Shown: positions 17,991 through 28,034 of the stretch, piece by piece
Layout of the letters: each line of letters begins with the position of its first letter
How positions within the stretch are numbered: the stretch's first letter is position 1
NCBI GenBank assembly: GCA_023487865.1
Contig: JAMDBG010000032.1
Span: 1 to 59,242 of the forward strand
Origin: Deltaproteobacteria bacterium
Lineage (GTDB): Bacteria > Desulfobacterota > Syntrophia > Syntrophales > UBA5619
Length of the DNA stretch: 59,242 bases
Reading direction: 5' to 3'
Notes under the pieces: generated by a model
What the model saw: only the letters and a program-made list of their open reading frames with translations
What the model was told of the DNA's origin: nothing
Databases searched by the model: none
Program-made: the position numbers and the translations under genes

Positions 17991-19079
17991 ATGATAATCA
18001 ACAGTTATGTCCATATTTTTGAAAGTATCCCCGTGGGAGTCATGGTCATTGATCTATACGGGCATATTCTAACTGTTAACAAATATGCAAAATCCATTCT
18101 GAATATAACAGATACATCCATCAACAAGAAGCATATTCATACCCTCTTGGGGGATCAGGATTCCATCTCCACAGAGAATATACTTCATACCGAGCATTTT
18201 AGAAAAACATGCAGTTCAAAAATCAGGTATAAAGACAAAATATTGGAAATAATAGGCGGACCGCTGAATGGGAGAAAAGGTATCTTGTTGGGAGCTGTCA
18301 TTACTTTAAAAGATATCACAGAAATAGAAAAAAAACAGGCTCTGGAAAGAAAGAAGGAAAAGTATACCGTCATGGGGGAATTATCATCAGATATGGCCCA
18401 TGAAATCAGAAATCCTTTGGGAAGTATCGAACTGCTTGCTTCTCTGCTCAAAAAGGAATCAAAACGGAAAAAGGATATCAACCGGGCTAATCAGATCATA
18501 GCTGCTGTCAAGACCATGGAAAATAAAATTTCTCAACTGATCCATCTTTCCAAAACAAAACAGATTCCGGTCACGAATGTGAATATTCATAATGTCTTGA
18601 AAGACATCTTGCTTTTTTCGGAAAAGATCATTGATGGGGGAACGGTTATTTTATCGGCTCAGTATGCAGGCATTGAGCCCGTTATTGAATGCAATCCCGA
18701 CATGATGAAACAGGTTTTTCTTAATCTCATTCTTAATGCACTACAGGAAACCAGCCGCCTTGATATCGTAACCCATTATCTTCAAGACTCCAGGATGATT
18801 GAAATCTTTTTCATCGAAAAGAGTGAATCCGCTCTGGAGAACATTAGATCCGACATATTAAATCATCTATCACGAACAAAAAAGAAAAATTGGTGCCTTG
18901 GACTTGCTATCGTACATAATATCGTAAATATGTATAAAGGATATATAAGGGTTGAATATTTGGAAAAGGTTGGAACTGCCTTTGTTCTTTCCTTTCCTCT
19001 GGTCAGAGCAGAAACATCAGAACACGACAAAATCTATGATCCCATTGAGAATATGAAAGGAACGCATGAAGAAAAATAG
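17991..19079 (+). CDS. cytoplasmic PAS-domain sensor histidine kinase (FlrB/FleS-like)
   Basis: H-box SSDMAHEIRNPLGSI, N-box LNLILNALQE, G-box GLGLAIVHNIV. No transmembrane segment. Overlaps the downstream response regulator by 14 nt. Confidence 0.85.
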   Translation: MIINSYVHIFESIPVGVMVIDLYGHILTVNKYAKSILNITDTSINKKHIHTLLGDQDSISTENILHTEHFRKTCSSKIRYKDKILEIIGGPLNGRKGILLGAVITLKDITEIEKKQALERKKEKYTVMGELSSDMAHEIRNPLGSIELLASLLKKESKRKKDINRANQIIAAVKTMENKISQLIHLSKTKQIPVTNVNIHNVLKDILLFSEKIIDGGTVILSAQYAGIEPVIECNPDMMKQVFLNLILNALQETSRLDIVTHYLQDSRMIEIFFIEKSESALENIRSDILNHLSRTKKKNWCLGLAIVHNIVNMYKGYIRVEYLEKVGTAFVLSFPLVRAETSEHDKIYDPIENMKGTHEEK

Positions 19080-20448
19080 AATCCTCATTGTGGATGATGA
19101 TCATGCAATGAGACTTGCCCTGTCGGAATCTCTTGAAAGCTGTGGTTATGATATAGATGCGGCAGAAAACGGTAATGAAGCGCTTAGTCTATTCAATAAA
19201 AGGAAATTCGACTTAGTCGTAACCGATATGAAAATGCCAGGGATGACGGGCATTGAAGTATTACAGGGCGTCAAAAAAATGTCGCCAGATATTCCGGTCA
19301 TCCTTATAACAGCATATGGCACCGTCAACACAGCTGTTGAAGCTATGAAAGAGGGAGCTGCTGAGTTCATCATGAAACCATTTTCGTTGGATGATCTCGA
19401 AACCGTTGTCAAGAATGTTATAAGTACTTACAAAACAGAAGCATCACACAAACAGGAATTGCCCCACACCCCACAAAGAATTATCACCAAAGATCCTAAG
19501 TTGATCGCTATCATGGATATGCTCAAGAATGTTGCAAAAAGTAAATCCAGCATAATGATTCAAGGTGAAAGCGGCACCGGAAAGGAGCTTTTAGCGAAAT
19601 ATGTTCACGAACATAGCAACCGTCGGAACCATCCCTTTGTTGCCGTTAACTGCGCAGCCATTCCTCATAACCTACTTGAAAGTGAAATGTTTGGTTATGA
19701 AAAAGGGGCGTTTACCGGTGCATCACTAAGAAAGTTGGGAAAATTCGAGATTGCCCACACAGGAACGTTGCTCCTTGACGAAGTCAGTGAAATGGAAATT
19801 CACTTGCAGGCAAAACTCCTTAGAGTCATTCAGGAATCGGAAGTTGACCGCTTGGGTGGAAATTCCCCCATTCCTATTGATGTCAGGATTATATCCACAA
19901 CCAATATCAATCTAGCTTCAGCCATTAGCAATAAAACATTCCGTGGTGACCTTTACTACCGACTCAATGTGATACCCGTCAAAATTCCGCCACTCAGAGA
20001 GAGAAATGGTGACATTTTGTACTTGGCTGATCATTTCCTAGAAAAATTCGGTAAGGAAAAAGGGATTAATAAACCCACTCTCTCGGATAAGGCGGCTGCT
20101 TTTTTAACGACATACTCCTTCCCCGGCAATGTCAGAGAGTTGGAAAACATCATTGAAAGGGCGGTGTTAATGACGGATTGTGGCTATATTACTCAGGAAT
20201 CCCTCTGCCTAGAATCCCTTGATACAAGTGAAACAGGTCAACCGTGCGAATTGGAACCCCCGCCAATTATTAACACGACATCCCTAAATACGACAAAAAC
20301 TCTAAAGGACAGTGAAAGGGAAATAATCTGTGACACACTGAACAGAGTCGACGGAAATAAAACAAAGGCTGCAAAACTCTTAGGGATCAGCGTTCGAACG
20401 CTCTGGAATAAAGTGAATGAATATGGCATGACAGACAGCGGAAACTAA
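19066..20448 (+). CDS. sigma-54-dependent response regulator (NtrC family, FlrC/FleR-like)
   Basis: REC domain (DLVVTDMKMPGMTG). AAA+ Walker A GESGTGKE. Sigma-54 contact loop GAFTGA. C-terminal Fis-type HTH GNKTKAAKLLGISVRTLWNK. Confidence 0.9.
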   Translation: MKKNRILIVDDDHAMRLALSESLESCGYDIDAAENGNEALSLFNKRKFDLVVTDMKMPGMTGIEVLQGVKKMSPDIPVILITAYGTVNTAVEAMKEGAAEFIMKPFSLDDLETVVKNVISTYKTEASHKQELPHTPQRIITKDPKLIAIMDMLKNVAKSKSSIMIQGESGTGKELLAKYVHEHSNRRNHPFVAVNCAAIPHNLLESEMFGYEKGAFTGASLRKLGKFEIAHTGTLLLDEVSEMEIHLQAKLLRVIQESEVDRLGGNSPIPIDVRIISTTNINLASAISNKTFRGDLYYRLNVIPVKIPPLRERNGDILYLADHFLEKFGKEKGINKPTLSDKAAAFLTTYSFPGNVRELENIIERAVLMTDCGYITQESLCLESLDTSETGQPCELEPPPIINTTSLNTTKTLKDSEREIICDTLNRVDGNKTKAAKLLGISVRTLWNKVNEYGMTDSGN

Positions 20449-20450
20449 TC

Positions 20451-20466
20451 TGGTATGTAGCTTGCA
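20451..20466 (+). promoter_or_regulatory. sigma-54 promoter (TGGTAT-N5-TTGCA) for the flgB operon
   Basis: TGGTATGTAGCTTGCA with GG-N10-GC spacing. It lies 22 nt upstream of the flgB ATG and is followed by the AGGAGG RBS. Confidence 0.7.
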
Positions 20467-20487
20467 AAGATATTTTTCAGGAGGATT

Positions 20488-20862
20488 ATGGACATTCTAT
20501 TTAATAAGACAATGGATCTGCTGTCCGGCATGTTGGATTATCGATCAAAGCGTCATAAGATTATCGTATCAAACATAGCCAATATCGATACTGAAGATTT
20601 CAAACCATCAGATATTTCTTTTAAAACCGAATTTGAAAAGACCGGCTCCATACAGATGACCACAACGGATCCTGGACACATGGGCTGGATGGGCAGTAAA
20701 AACGGTCCCGTTTCTTTTGAGATTAAAACATCTGAAGAAAAGGTAAAAATTGATACGGAAATGGCTAACTTGGCAGAAAATCATTTGATGTATAACATGA
20801 CTGTCGATATGCTGGCGAGAAAATTCAGAGGAATCAACATGGTATTAAAGGAGACCAAATAA
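20488..20862 (+). CDS. flgB: flagellar basal-body rod protein FlgB
   Basis: 124 aa; VSNIANIDTEDFKP rod-protein N-terminal motif; position before flgC. Confidence 0.9.
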   Translation: MDILFNKTMDLLSGMLDYRSKRHKIIVSNIANIDTEDFKPSDISFKTEFEKTGSIQMTTTDPGHMGWMGSKNGPVSFEIKTSEEKVKIDTEMANLAENHLMYNMTVDMLARKFRGINMVLKETK

Positions 20863-20863
20863 T

Positions 20864-21289
20864 ATGGATTTAACGACATCTCTAAAAATTTGCGGATCCG
20901 GCCTTGCCGCTCAGAGAGCAAAGCTGGATATTGTCACATCAAACCTGGCCAATGTTAATACGACACGCACTTCGGAAGGAGGACCGTACAGAAAAAAGAC
21001 CATAGCACTTGCAGCCGAAACCGTTGCCGGTAATTTTGATTCGACGATAAAAGAAGCCGTCAGATCCGTTAAGATCGATGAGGTCAAGGAAGACGCAAAC
21101 AGCATTAAAATGGTTTATGATCCGTCCCACCCCGATGCCGATGCAAAAGGCTATGTGGCTATGCCGAATATCAATATCATGGCGGAAATGGCGGATATGA
21201 TCACGGCAAGTCGTGCTTATGAGGCCTGTGTAACGGCTTTTGATTCGACCAAAAACATGACCTTGAAAACATTGGAAATGGGACGATAG
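20864..21289 (+). CDS. flgC: flagellar basal-body rod protein FlgC
   Basis: 141 aa; SGLAAQRAKLDIVTSNLANVNTTRT and C-terminal ASRAYEACVTAF motifs. Confidence 0.92.
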   Translation: MDLTTSLKICGSGLAAQRAKLDIVTSNLANVNTTRTSEGGPYRKKTIALAAETVAGNFDSTIKEAVRSVKIDEVKEDANSIKMVYDPSHPDADAKGYVAMPNINIMAEMADMITASRAYEACVTAFDSTKNMTLKTLEMGR

Positions 21290-21313
21290 TCGGCATTATC
21301 AAAAGGAGACATC

Positions 21314-21613
21314 ATGAATAACATGGCCATCAGCAATAACCAGATCGTTTCCGTTGCGAGCCTTAGGGAAGGACAAACGAATACTAAATCTGCAAAAGGA
21401 TTTTCAGATGTCCTTTTTAATGCTGTTAAAGAAGTTAACAATTTGCATCAAACAGCGGATAAAGCTATCCAAAATGTTCAAGCAGGCAATACAGGCGGGC
21501 TGCATGAAGCGATGATTGCCCTTGAAAAAGCAGATGTTTCCTTCCGGACAATGTTAACCGTCAGAAACAAACTCATTGAAGCATATCAGGAAATTATGAG
21601 GATGCAGGTATAA
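21314..21613 (+). CDS. fliE: flagellar hook-basal body complex protein FliE
   Basis: 99 aa; FSDVLFNAVKEVN...LHEAMIALEKADVSFRTMLTVRNKLIEAYQEIMRMQV is typical FliE. Confidence 0.9.
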   Translation: MNNMAISNNQIVSVASLREGQTNTKSAKGFSDVLFNAVKEVNNLHQTADKAIQNVQAGNTGGLHEAMIALEKADVSFRTMLTVRNKLIEAYQEIMRMQV

Positions 21614-21619
21614 TAAACC

Positions 21620-23182
21620 ATGAATCCAATGGCATATCTTGAAAGAATTTGGCAGGGTTTCGGCGCATTGCCCGGCCCAAGAAAAATGACCCTCCTCATT
21701 GTGTCCGTCCTAGTTATTGCCAGTATAATGACTTTTGTCCATTTCACAAATCAAGAGGATTATCGTATTCTTTTTTCTAATTTGACCAATGAGGACGCTT
21801 CAAACATCGTGACCAAGTTGAAAGAAAAAAAAGTGCCTTATCAAATATCCGCTTCTGGAGACACAATCTCTGTTCCTTCAGGGCAGGTTTCTGAACTCAG
21901 ATTAGAACTCGCTGCAGCAGGTCTTCCCCACGGCGGCGGAGTCGGCTTTGAAATCTTTGACAATAAAACCTTCGGGGCGACTGAATTTGAACAGCAGCTT
22001 AATTATCGACGGGCGCTGCAGGGTGAGCTGTCTCGTACAATCAATAGTCTCGATGAAATTCAACAATGCCGGGTGCATATAGTCCTCCCAAAGGAATCCT
22101 TATTCATCGAACAGCAAAAGAAACCCACGGCTTCAGTTACCATAAAACTAAAAGCAGGCAGGAAATTAAAAGCACCTCAAATAGACGGAATTGGACATCT
22201 GGTAGCAAGCAGTGTTGAAGGATTGAGTTCTGATGATGTAATGATCGTTGACAACCAGGGAAACATCTTGTCAAAAAAACAGGGGGATTCCAAGCTAGCC
22301 CGACTCTCATCTTCTCAGATCGAATATCAGCGAAATCTCGAGAAGGACATGGCAAACCAGATCCAATCCCTTCTTGAAAATGTAGTTGGCTACGGCAAGG
22401 CCGTGGTTAGGGTGAACACCGACCTGGACTTCAGAATAATGGAAAAAACTGAAGAATTTTATGATCCTGAATCACCGGTCGTCAGGAGTACTCAGAAACA
22501 AATGGACAAGGCAACCGGGCCTGCCCCTGCATCCAACAAGACCCCCGGCAATGCAGAACCTATCAGACCGGAAAAGGAAAAAACGGATGAGACCGTGAAT
22601 TACGAGATAAACAAGACAATCAGCAAAACGGTGATGCCTGTGGGTGAAATTAAAAAAATATCCATCGCCGTATTGGTCGACGGAATATATCAAAAAAACG
22701 AAAAGGGTGACGTGACATATCAGGAAAGACCGAAAAAAGAACTTGAATCCTTCGAAGATCTGGTCAGGAAATCATCCGGTTTTAACTCACAAAGAGGTGA
22801 TCAGGTTGTTGTGACCAGCATGCCGTTTAATCGGCCCGATTCAGAACAGGGAATGACGGGACAAACATGGCAGGACAAAGTCGCACCCGCAGTCCCAATC
22901 ATAAAATATGTGGTGCTAATAACGGGAATATTGCTGGTGTTTCTGTTTATCATCCGACCACTTGTCAGGAATATGATCAATAACACGCATGGAATCAAGG
23001 AAAACATGCAGCCACAGATTCCCTCGGATACCGGTGTTTCTGTCTCATTGAGTGGGTCGTCACCAACACTGTCCCTGTCTCAATTTGAAAATAAATCTCT
23101 CAATGAGATGGATTTGGCCAAACAGCTCGCCGGTGCTGATTCGAAAAAATTTGCTGAATTGCTAAGGAATTGGCTGAAATGA
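21620..23182 (+). CDS. fliF: flagellar MS-ring protein FliF
   Basis: 520 aa; N-terminal TM segment, YRILFSNLTNEDASNIVTKLKEKKVPYQ, second TM segment near the C-terminus. Confidence 0.93.
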   Translation: MNPMAYLERIWQGFGALPGPRKMTLLIVSVLVIASIMTFVHFTNQEDYRILFSNLTNEDASNIVTKLKEKKVPYQISASGDTISVPSGQVSELRLELAAAGLPHGGGVGFEIFDNKTFGATEFEQQLNYRRALQGELSRTINSLDEIQQCRVHIVLPKESLFIEQQKKPTASVTIKLKAGRKLKAPQIDGIGHLVASSVEGLSSDDVMIVDNQGNILSKKQGDSKLARLSSSQIEYQRNLEKDMANQIQSLLENVVGYGKAVVRVNTDLDFRIMEKTEEFYDPESPVVRSTQKQMDKATGPAPASNKTPGNAEPIRPEKEKTDETVNYEINKTISKTVMPVGEIKKISIAVLVDGIYQKNEKGDVTYQERPKKELESFEDLVRKSSGFNSQRGDQVVVTSMPFNRPDSEQGMTGQTWQDKVAPAVPIIKYVVLITGILLVFLFIIRPLVRNMINNTHGIKENMQPQIPSDTGVSVSLSGSSPTLSLSQFENKSLNEMDLAKQLAGADSKKFAELLRNWLK

Positions 23183-24174
23183 TCAATGAAGAAAAAGCCG
23201 CTATTATGCTTCTGTCTCTGGATGAAGACATAGCCGCCGGGGTTATGAAGAATCTTCGTCCGTCTGAAATCAAGCGTATCGGTAAATATATGAATCGTAT
23301 TACGACTATTCCCTCAGAAACCATGAACACGGTTGCCAAGGAATTCATATCACTGGCGAAGGAAAGAGGCGGTAGTCTTTCTGTAGGAGATGATAGTATA
23401 AAAAACATTATCACCAAGGCGTTGGGAGAAAAAAGTGCCCAAGAACTGTTGTTAGAAGTCGCTAATAGCAAATCCTCTGATAATCCCATTACCGATAAGC
23501 TCAGGGACATGGACCCGAAAATCTTGATGGAATTTACGAAGACAGAACATCCCCAAACGATTGCCATGATCCTTGCTCATATGTCTCCGGAGCAGGCGGC
23601 AATCATGCTGGAGGGGTTTTCTGGTCCCATGCAGATCGAGATTGCGAAAAGAATGTCTACTTTAAAGAGCGTCCCACACGAGTTCTTGGAGGATGTGGCC
23701 AAAACCCTCGAAAAGGAGCTTATAACGGAAAACAGCACGGACCAGCAGGTTGGTGGGGTCAAGTTCATGTCAGAAATCCTTAACCGAATGAGCAGGGCAA
23801 GCGAGAATACCATTCTCACTTCGCTTGAGGATGAAGACGCTGAATTGGCTGCTCAATTGAGAGGGCTCATGTTCACATTTGAAGATGTCCTGAAAATCGA
23901 TGATAAAAGTCTTCAAGAACTTCTGCGCGAAATATCCACAGAGGACTTATCGAAGGCAATGAAAATGATTGACGAAAGTATGAGGGAAAAAATATATCGT
24001 AACATGTCGAGACGCGGCGCGGAAATGTTGAAGGAGGACATTGAAATGATGCCTCCCATCCGCTTGTCCGAAGTGGAGGCAAGCCAGAGAACCATTCTTG
24101 ATGTGACCAAGAAATTGGAAGCCGAAGGACGAATTATGATCCTGCGAGGCGGTGAGGAAGATACATTTGTTTGA
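23170..24174 (+). CDS. fliG: flagellar motor switch protein FliG
   Basis: 334 aa; AAIMLLSLDEDIAAGVMKNL, EIAKRMSTL and MFTFEDV motifs; overlaps the fliF stop. Confidence 0.93.
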   Translation: MAEMINEEKAAIMLLSLDEDIAAGVMKNLRPSEIKRIGKYMNRITTIPSETMNTVAKEFISLAKERGGSLSVGDDSIKNIITKALGEKSAQELLLEVANSKSSDNPITDKLRDMDPKILMEFTKTEHPQTIAMILAHMSPEQAAIMLEGFSGPMQIEIAKRMSTLKSVPHEFLEDVAKTLEKELITENSTDQQVGGVKFMSEILNRMSRASENTILTSLEDEDAELAAQLRGLMFTFEDVLKIDDKSLQELLREISTEDLSKAMKMIDESMREKIYRNMSRRGAEMLKEDIEMMPPIRLSEVEASQRTILDVTKKLEAEGRIMILRGGEEDTFV

Positions 24175-24188
24175 TCTTGTAGGTTGCC

Positions 24189-24632
24189 GTGTTTAACTTT
24201 AAATTGCAGAGCATCCTAAATGTCAGGAAAACACAGGAAGATAAACTCCTACAGGAATTCTCCGAGAAGCAAAAGGATCTTCGTAAGGAACATGAACACC
24301 TCAAATTGATACAACAAGAAAAAAAACTGCTTATCGATGAGCTCAGAAATGTTCAAGGTAAAACCGTGAATGTCACTGAAATTGCAATGAATACAGAAGG
24401 CATTAAAAGACATCAGAAAAGCGAAACTCTGCAGAAGGAACAAGTAAGGGAAGCCCAAAAAAAGATGGAAGAAAAAAGAGAAGCCCTGTTTGAGGCCATA
24501 AAAAGAAGAAAAACTATGGAAACCCTTAAATCCAAGCAGTTTGAACTGCATCAGTCCGAGGCCAACCTGCTCGAGAGGACGGCGATTGATGAAATGGCTA
24601 TTGTCCGTCACAACAGGAGGGAGCAAGAGTGA
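24189..24632 (+). CDS. fliJ: flagellar export protein FliJ
   Basis: 147-aa coiled-coil protein; GTG start. N-terminus FKLQSILNVRKTQEDKLLQEF is FliJ-like. Call is by motif and position. Confidence 0.7.
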   Translation: MFNFKLQSILNVRKTQEDKLLQEFSEKQKDLRKEHEHLKLIQQEKKLLIDELRNVQGKTVNVTEIAMNTEGIKRHQKSETLQKEQVREAQKKMEEKREALFEAIKRRKTMETLKSKQFELHQSEANLLERTAIDEMAIVRHNRREQE

Positions 24633-25234
24633 AAAGATTCGTAATCGCCTGCCAGATCGTTATTATTACTCTTTTTATTATAAAAATGTATTTTCTTGTG
24701 GAAGCTCTACAGATCATCTCAATACCATCGTATTTCTCAATGGATCACTTCGGCCAAGCGATCGCTCAGACAACAACAACTCCCATCCCTCCAATTAAAG
24801 AGGTAAAGGATATTACAGAAGATCCTCTCCAAAAAGAACGTGACCTTGTCGATTTCCTGCAAAAAAAACAGAAGGCTTTGGACACTCGGGAAGGCCTTAT
24901 TAAGGCAGAAGAGCAAAAAATTGTCGCATTGAAGAAAGAAATTATGGAAAAAATTGATGCGCTGAAGGCACTTGAATCTCAGCTCAGTTCTAGACTGGAT
25001 GCAGATAAATTAAACGATGTCAAAAGGTTAAAGGAACTTGCCAAAGTCTATGAAGCGACTCCACCGCAAAAAGCGGCCGCAATGCTCGAAAAATTAGAGC
25101 TCAGGACAGCGGCCGGGATAACCATCAATATGAAACGTGATAAGGCCGGCTTGATTTGGGGCTATCTCACCCCACAAAAGGCTGTTGCCATTACAAATGA
25201 AATCACCCGAACAGTCCGTTTAACCGCTGAATAG
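24629..25234 (+). CDS. membrane-anchored MgtE-N-like flagellar protein (YlxF/FlbB/MotE-like)
   Basis: GTG start overlapping the fliJ stop (GTGA). N-terminal TM segment, coiled coil, C-terminal PPQKAAAMLEKL...ITINMKRDKAGLIWGYLTPQKAVAI. Same fliJ-ylxF-fliK position as the Bacillus fla/che operon. Confidence 0.7.
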   Translation: MKRFVIACQIVIITLFIIKMYFLVEALQIISIPSYFSMDHFGQAIAQTTTTPIPPIKEVKDITEDPLQKERDLVDFLQKKQKALDTREGLIKAEEQKIVALKKEIMEKIDALKALESQLSSRLDADKLNDVKRLKELAKVYEATPPQKAAAMLEKLELRTAAGITINMKRDKAGLIWGYLTPQKAVAITNEITRTVRLTAE

Positions 25235-25404
25235 ACACCTGCCGGTATTATTTTCTTACCCTATTTCTCATACCTTCAAGGGACCCGGAAGAAATTGCCG
25301 GATCCTCCTGCTTGTTTATTCTCAGTAATTATAAGTATCTGTATATACAGCTCTATTTTTATGGCATGGATATTGATATCTCCATAGTTCGGAAAGGATC
25401 CGAT

Positions 25405-27243
25405 ATGGAAAACACAACAATGGATATGCAAACTTCCCTGAACGCAAAAGGAGCCAGCAGCCTATTCATGAAGGAGCATGATAAATCGCCCACAGGGAGT
25501 CGACATGGCCAGAGTACAGCCTTTATCTGCCTTCTGGATGCAAAGACTGCCCAAACGATTAATGATGAATCTGATGTTGAAAAGATCAAGGAAGGCTCTG
25601 TTTTTGAAACAACAAACTCCGACTTTACAGGTATGTCGACGCTTGTCCCTTTACCAGTTGAAACGGTACACAAATTATGGAATGACGCACCCCATTGCTG
25701 TAATGATGACATAAAGTCACTCCCTCTGGCGGTTGATGCACAGTTGGTCGCCTTCTCGCTTCCCGCGATAAAGACCTCAAAGGCTAAGACTGGGGATGCA
25801 ATGAAACCGTCTGTGCTTGTACTCACTGAAATGAAAAACCACCCTCAGACTCTAATACAGCATTCTTCCGGTGAAAAATCACAAATAACCGTACCGTTGG
25901 GAAATAAGTCTCTTCTATCATCTGATAATGCGCAGCTGTTTCATTCATCAACCACAATTGAAAATAATACAGAAAGTTTGTTGGAAAGCGAGCGGAGAGA
26001 AACCATTCCACAAACAGAAAAGGTATCTGGTCAACCAAACAAAAGCTTCGGTAGTTCAACCGTCTACAAAACGACATCGACGCCTGCATTCGAAGATAAA
26101 GTCAACCGCGAAATGGTCCAATCAGTTGCCGACCAGACAACAATGGCTCCAAACATTATGACCAGAAACAATATGAAATCGACCATTCCGTTAAACACGA
26201 ATATCAAAGATCAGGTTATCCAGGCTCAGACAAATAACAGTGCACGTGAAACAGTGTCGGTGGTTTCGGGCACGACTAACGTCGATACCCCACTGCCCGA
26301 ATTGGATTCCTCATCTGGTGATCGTGTGACTAACCACATCCGGTCAGAGAAATCAGAGCACCGAACAGAAGCAGAATCCATAAATCACGTGGCAGAAGGA
26401 TTGCGACAAAAAGACAACAAGTCAGCGGTTGATGGCATCTTCTCAGAACTTCGCCGAATGACCATCTCCCATCGCGATAACAAAACAGACATGGCAGTCC
26501 AGAAGGAAGGGCGGTACATTGCCACAGCAACGCAAAAGCCGGCTCCTGCCGCTAACGACAGAGTCGCCGGGATAGGGCAAGCTATAAATGATTTCCATGT
26601 TGAATTGCCTGATAAGGCTGTTTTCATGAAAAGCTCTCCTGCTGGGACCAATGCCGCCGATCAGGGCGATCAGCAGATATGGAATGGTGCACCAGACCAC
26701 TACCGCAAGACAACGAACACGAACCGGGATGAGCTCCCCTTGCGCACGGATATGGCTAATATCCCCTCCACACATGGAAACCGGTTGTCTGCAACTAACG
26801 GTCCTGCAGAAATCAACACCCAGGCCGTAATCGACCAAATCCTCGATGCAAAACAGTCCCTGAACAATGGTTTTGGACGTGTCCGGATCACCCTGGATCC
26901 TCCGAACCTTGGAACCGTTAATCTTGAAATCGTTGTCCGCAAAGAACGGGTAGAAGTTGTTATAACCGCCGACAACTCTGGCGTACAGCAGGCCTTGCAG
27001 TCCCGTGTAGATGATATCCGCACCGCTCTGCAACGTCAGGATCTTAAGATTGAAATATTTCAGGTACTCCTGCAGGATAACACTGCAAACCAGCAACATG
27101 CGAATGGCAGTGATACGTTCGGACAGCGCCAGGAACACCAGTCAAGACAGAATTTTATGGACGACAACATCCCCGTCCAGCCCCTGATCCAGCCCATTAG
27201 GGAATCTGAAAGGGCAAGGGGACTTGTCAGCATATTTGTTTAA
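25405..27243 (+). CDS. fliK: flagellar hook-length control protein FliK
   Basis: C-terminal Flg_hook-type domain RVRITLDPPNLGTVNLEIVVRKERVEVVITADNSGVQQALQSRVDDIRTALQ. Long S/T/N/Q-rich N-terminal ruler. Start uncertain: ATG 25405 has an AAAGGA RBS; alternatives are 25366 and 25312. Confidence 0.8.
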   Translation: MENTTMDMQTSLNAKGASSLFMKEHDKSPTGSRHGQSTAFICLLDAKTAQTINDESDVEKIKEGSVFETTNSDFTGMSTLVPLPVETVHKLWNDAPHCCNDDIKSLPLAVDAQLVAFSLPAIKTSKAKTGDAMKPSVLVLTEMKNHPQTLIQHSSGEKSQITVPLGNKSLLSSDNAQLFHSSTTIENNTESLLESERRETIPQTEKVSGQPNKSFGSSTVYKTTSTPAFEDKVNREMVQSVADQTTMAPNIMTRNNMKSTIPLNTNIKDQVIQAQTNNSARETVSVVSGTTNVDTPLPELDSSSGDRVTNHIRSEKSEHRTEAESINHVAEGLRQKDNKSAVDGIFSELRRMTISHRDNKTDMAVQKEGRYIATATQKPAPAANDRVAGIGQAINDFHVELPDKAVFMKSSPAGTNAADQGDQQIWNGAPDHYRKTTNTNRDELPLRTDMANIPSTHGNRLSATNGPAEINTQAVIDQILDAKQSLNNGFGRVRITLDPPNLGTVNLEIVVRKERVEVVITADNSGVQQALQSRVDDIRTALQRQDLKIEIFQVLLQDNTANQQHANGSDTFGQRQEHQSRQNFMDDNIPVQPLIQPIRESERARGLVSIFV

Positions 27244-27263
27244 CTTTTCAGGAGGCACTTCTT

Positions 27264-28007
27264 ATGGACAGTAACATCTTCACCGGAATCGATACCATCG
27301 CCAGCCAAAGCGTCACGTCCCAGACGACCAAGACAAAAACCCTCGGTAAAGATGATTTCATGAAACTGCTGCTCGCCCAGTTGAAAAACCAAGATCCCCT
27401 GAAACCAATAGACGGGACGGATTTTGCGGCACAACTGGCGCAGTTTTCCAGTCTGGAGCAACTGAGCAACATGAATACCGAGCTCAAGAACCAGAGCCTA
27501 AGCCAGATGACGATGAACTACGCCCAATCCGTTAATATGATAGGGAAGGAAGTCGTCACAAATTCAGGCAATTCCCTGATGGTAAGTGGCCCTACTACCG
27601 ATCTGAACTACAAATTGGCGACAGACGCGCAGAGTGTAACCATCACCATCCTCGACAAAGAAGGTAAAGTGGTGAAAACCTTGGATGTGACAGCCCAGAA
27701 AGCAGGCATGAACAAGGTGACATGGGACAGCTCCGATATTGAAAAAGGGGATTATACCTTCCAGGTGATCGCAAAGGATAGCAAAGGTCAAACCGTATCG
27801 GTGGATGTGATGACCAGCGGACTGGTGACTGCAGTACACTTCCGGAACAATCAAATCTTGGCGACGGTAAACGGTAAGGAAATACCCCTGAGCAGCATTA
27901 TTGAAGTTAAACAGCCGGAAACCCCGCTTAACAACCCTATTGATGGACCACAACCGGCAATCCCGTTGAGCAGCATTGTCGACGCAATAAAACAGGTACA
28001 ATCATAA
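27264..28007 (+). CDS. flgD: flagellar hook assembly (capping) protein FlgD
   Basis: DDFMKLLLAQLKNQDPLKPIDGTDFAAQLAQFSSLEQL is the canonical FlgD N-terminal motif. Confidence 0.92.
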   Translation: MDSNIFTGIDTIASQSVTSQTTKTKTLGKDDFMKLLLAQLKNQDPLKPIDGTDFAAQLAQFSSLEQLSNMNTELKNQSLSQMTMNYAQSVNMIGKEVVTNSGNSLMVSGPTTDLNYKLATDAQSVTITILDKEGKVVKTLDVTAQKAGMNKVTWDSSDIEKGDYTFQVIAKDSKGQTVSVDVMTSGLVTAVHFRNNQILATVNGKEIPLSSIIEVKQPETPLNNPIDGPQPAIPLSSIVDAIKQVQS

Positions 28008-28034
28008 AACCCAATAGAAGGAGGATTAGAGAAT

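Noticed and set aside
25362-25377. A sigma-54-like element TGGCATGGATATTGAT lies upstream of the preferred fliK start.
   Set aside because: The -12 element reads GA instead of the near-invariant GC. It may be a weak internal promoter but does not meet the standard of the other four.
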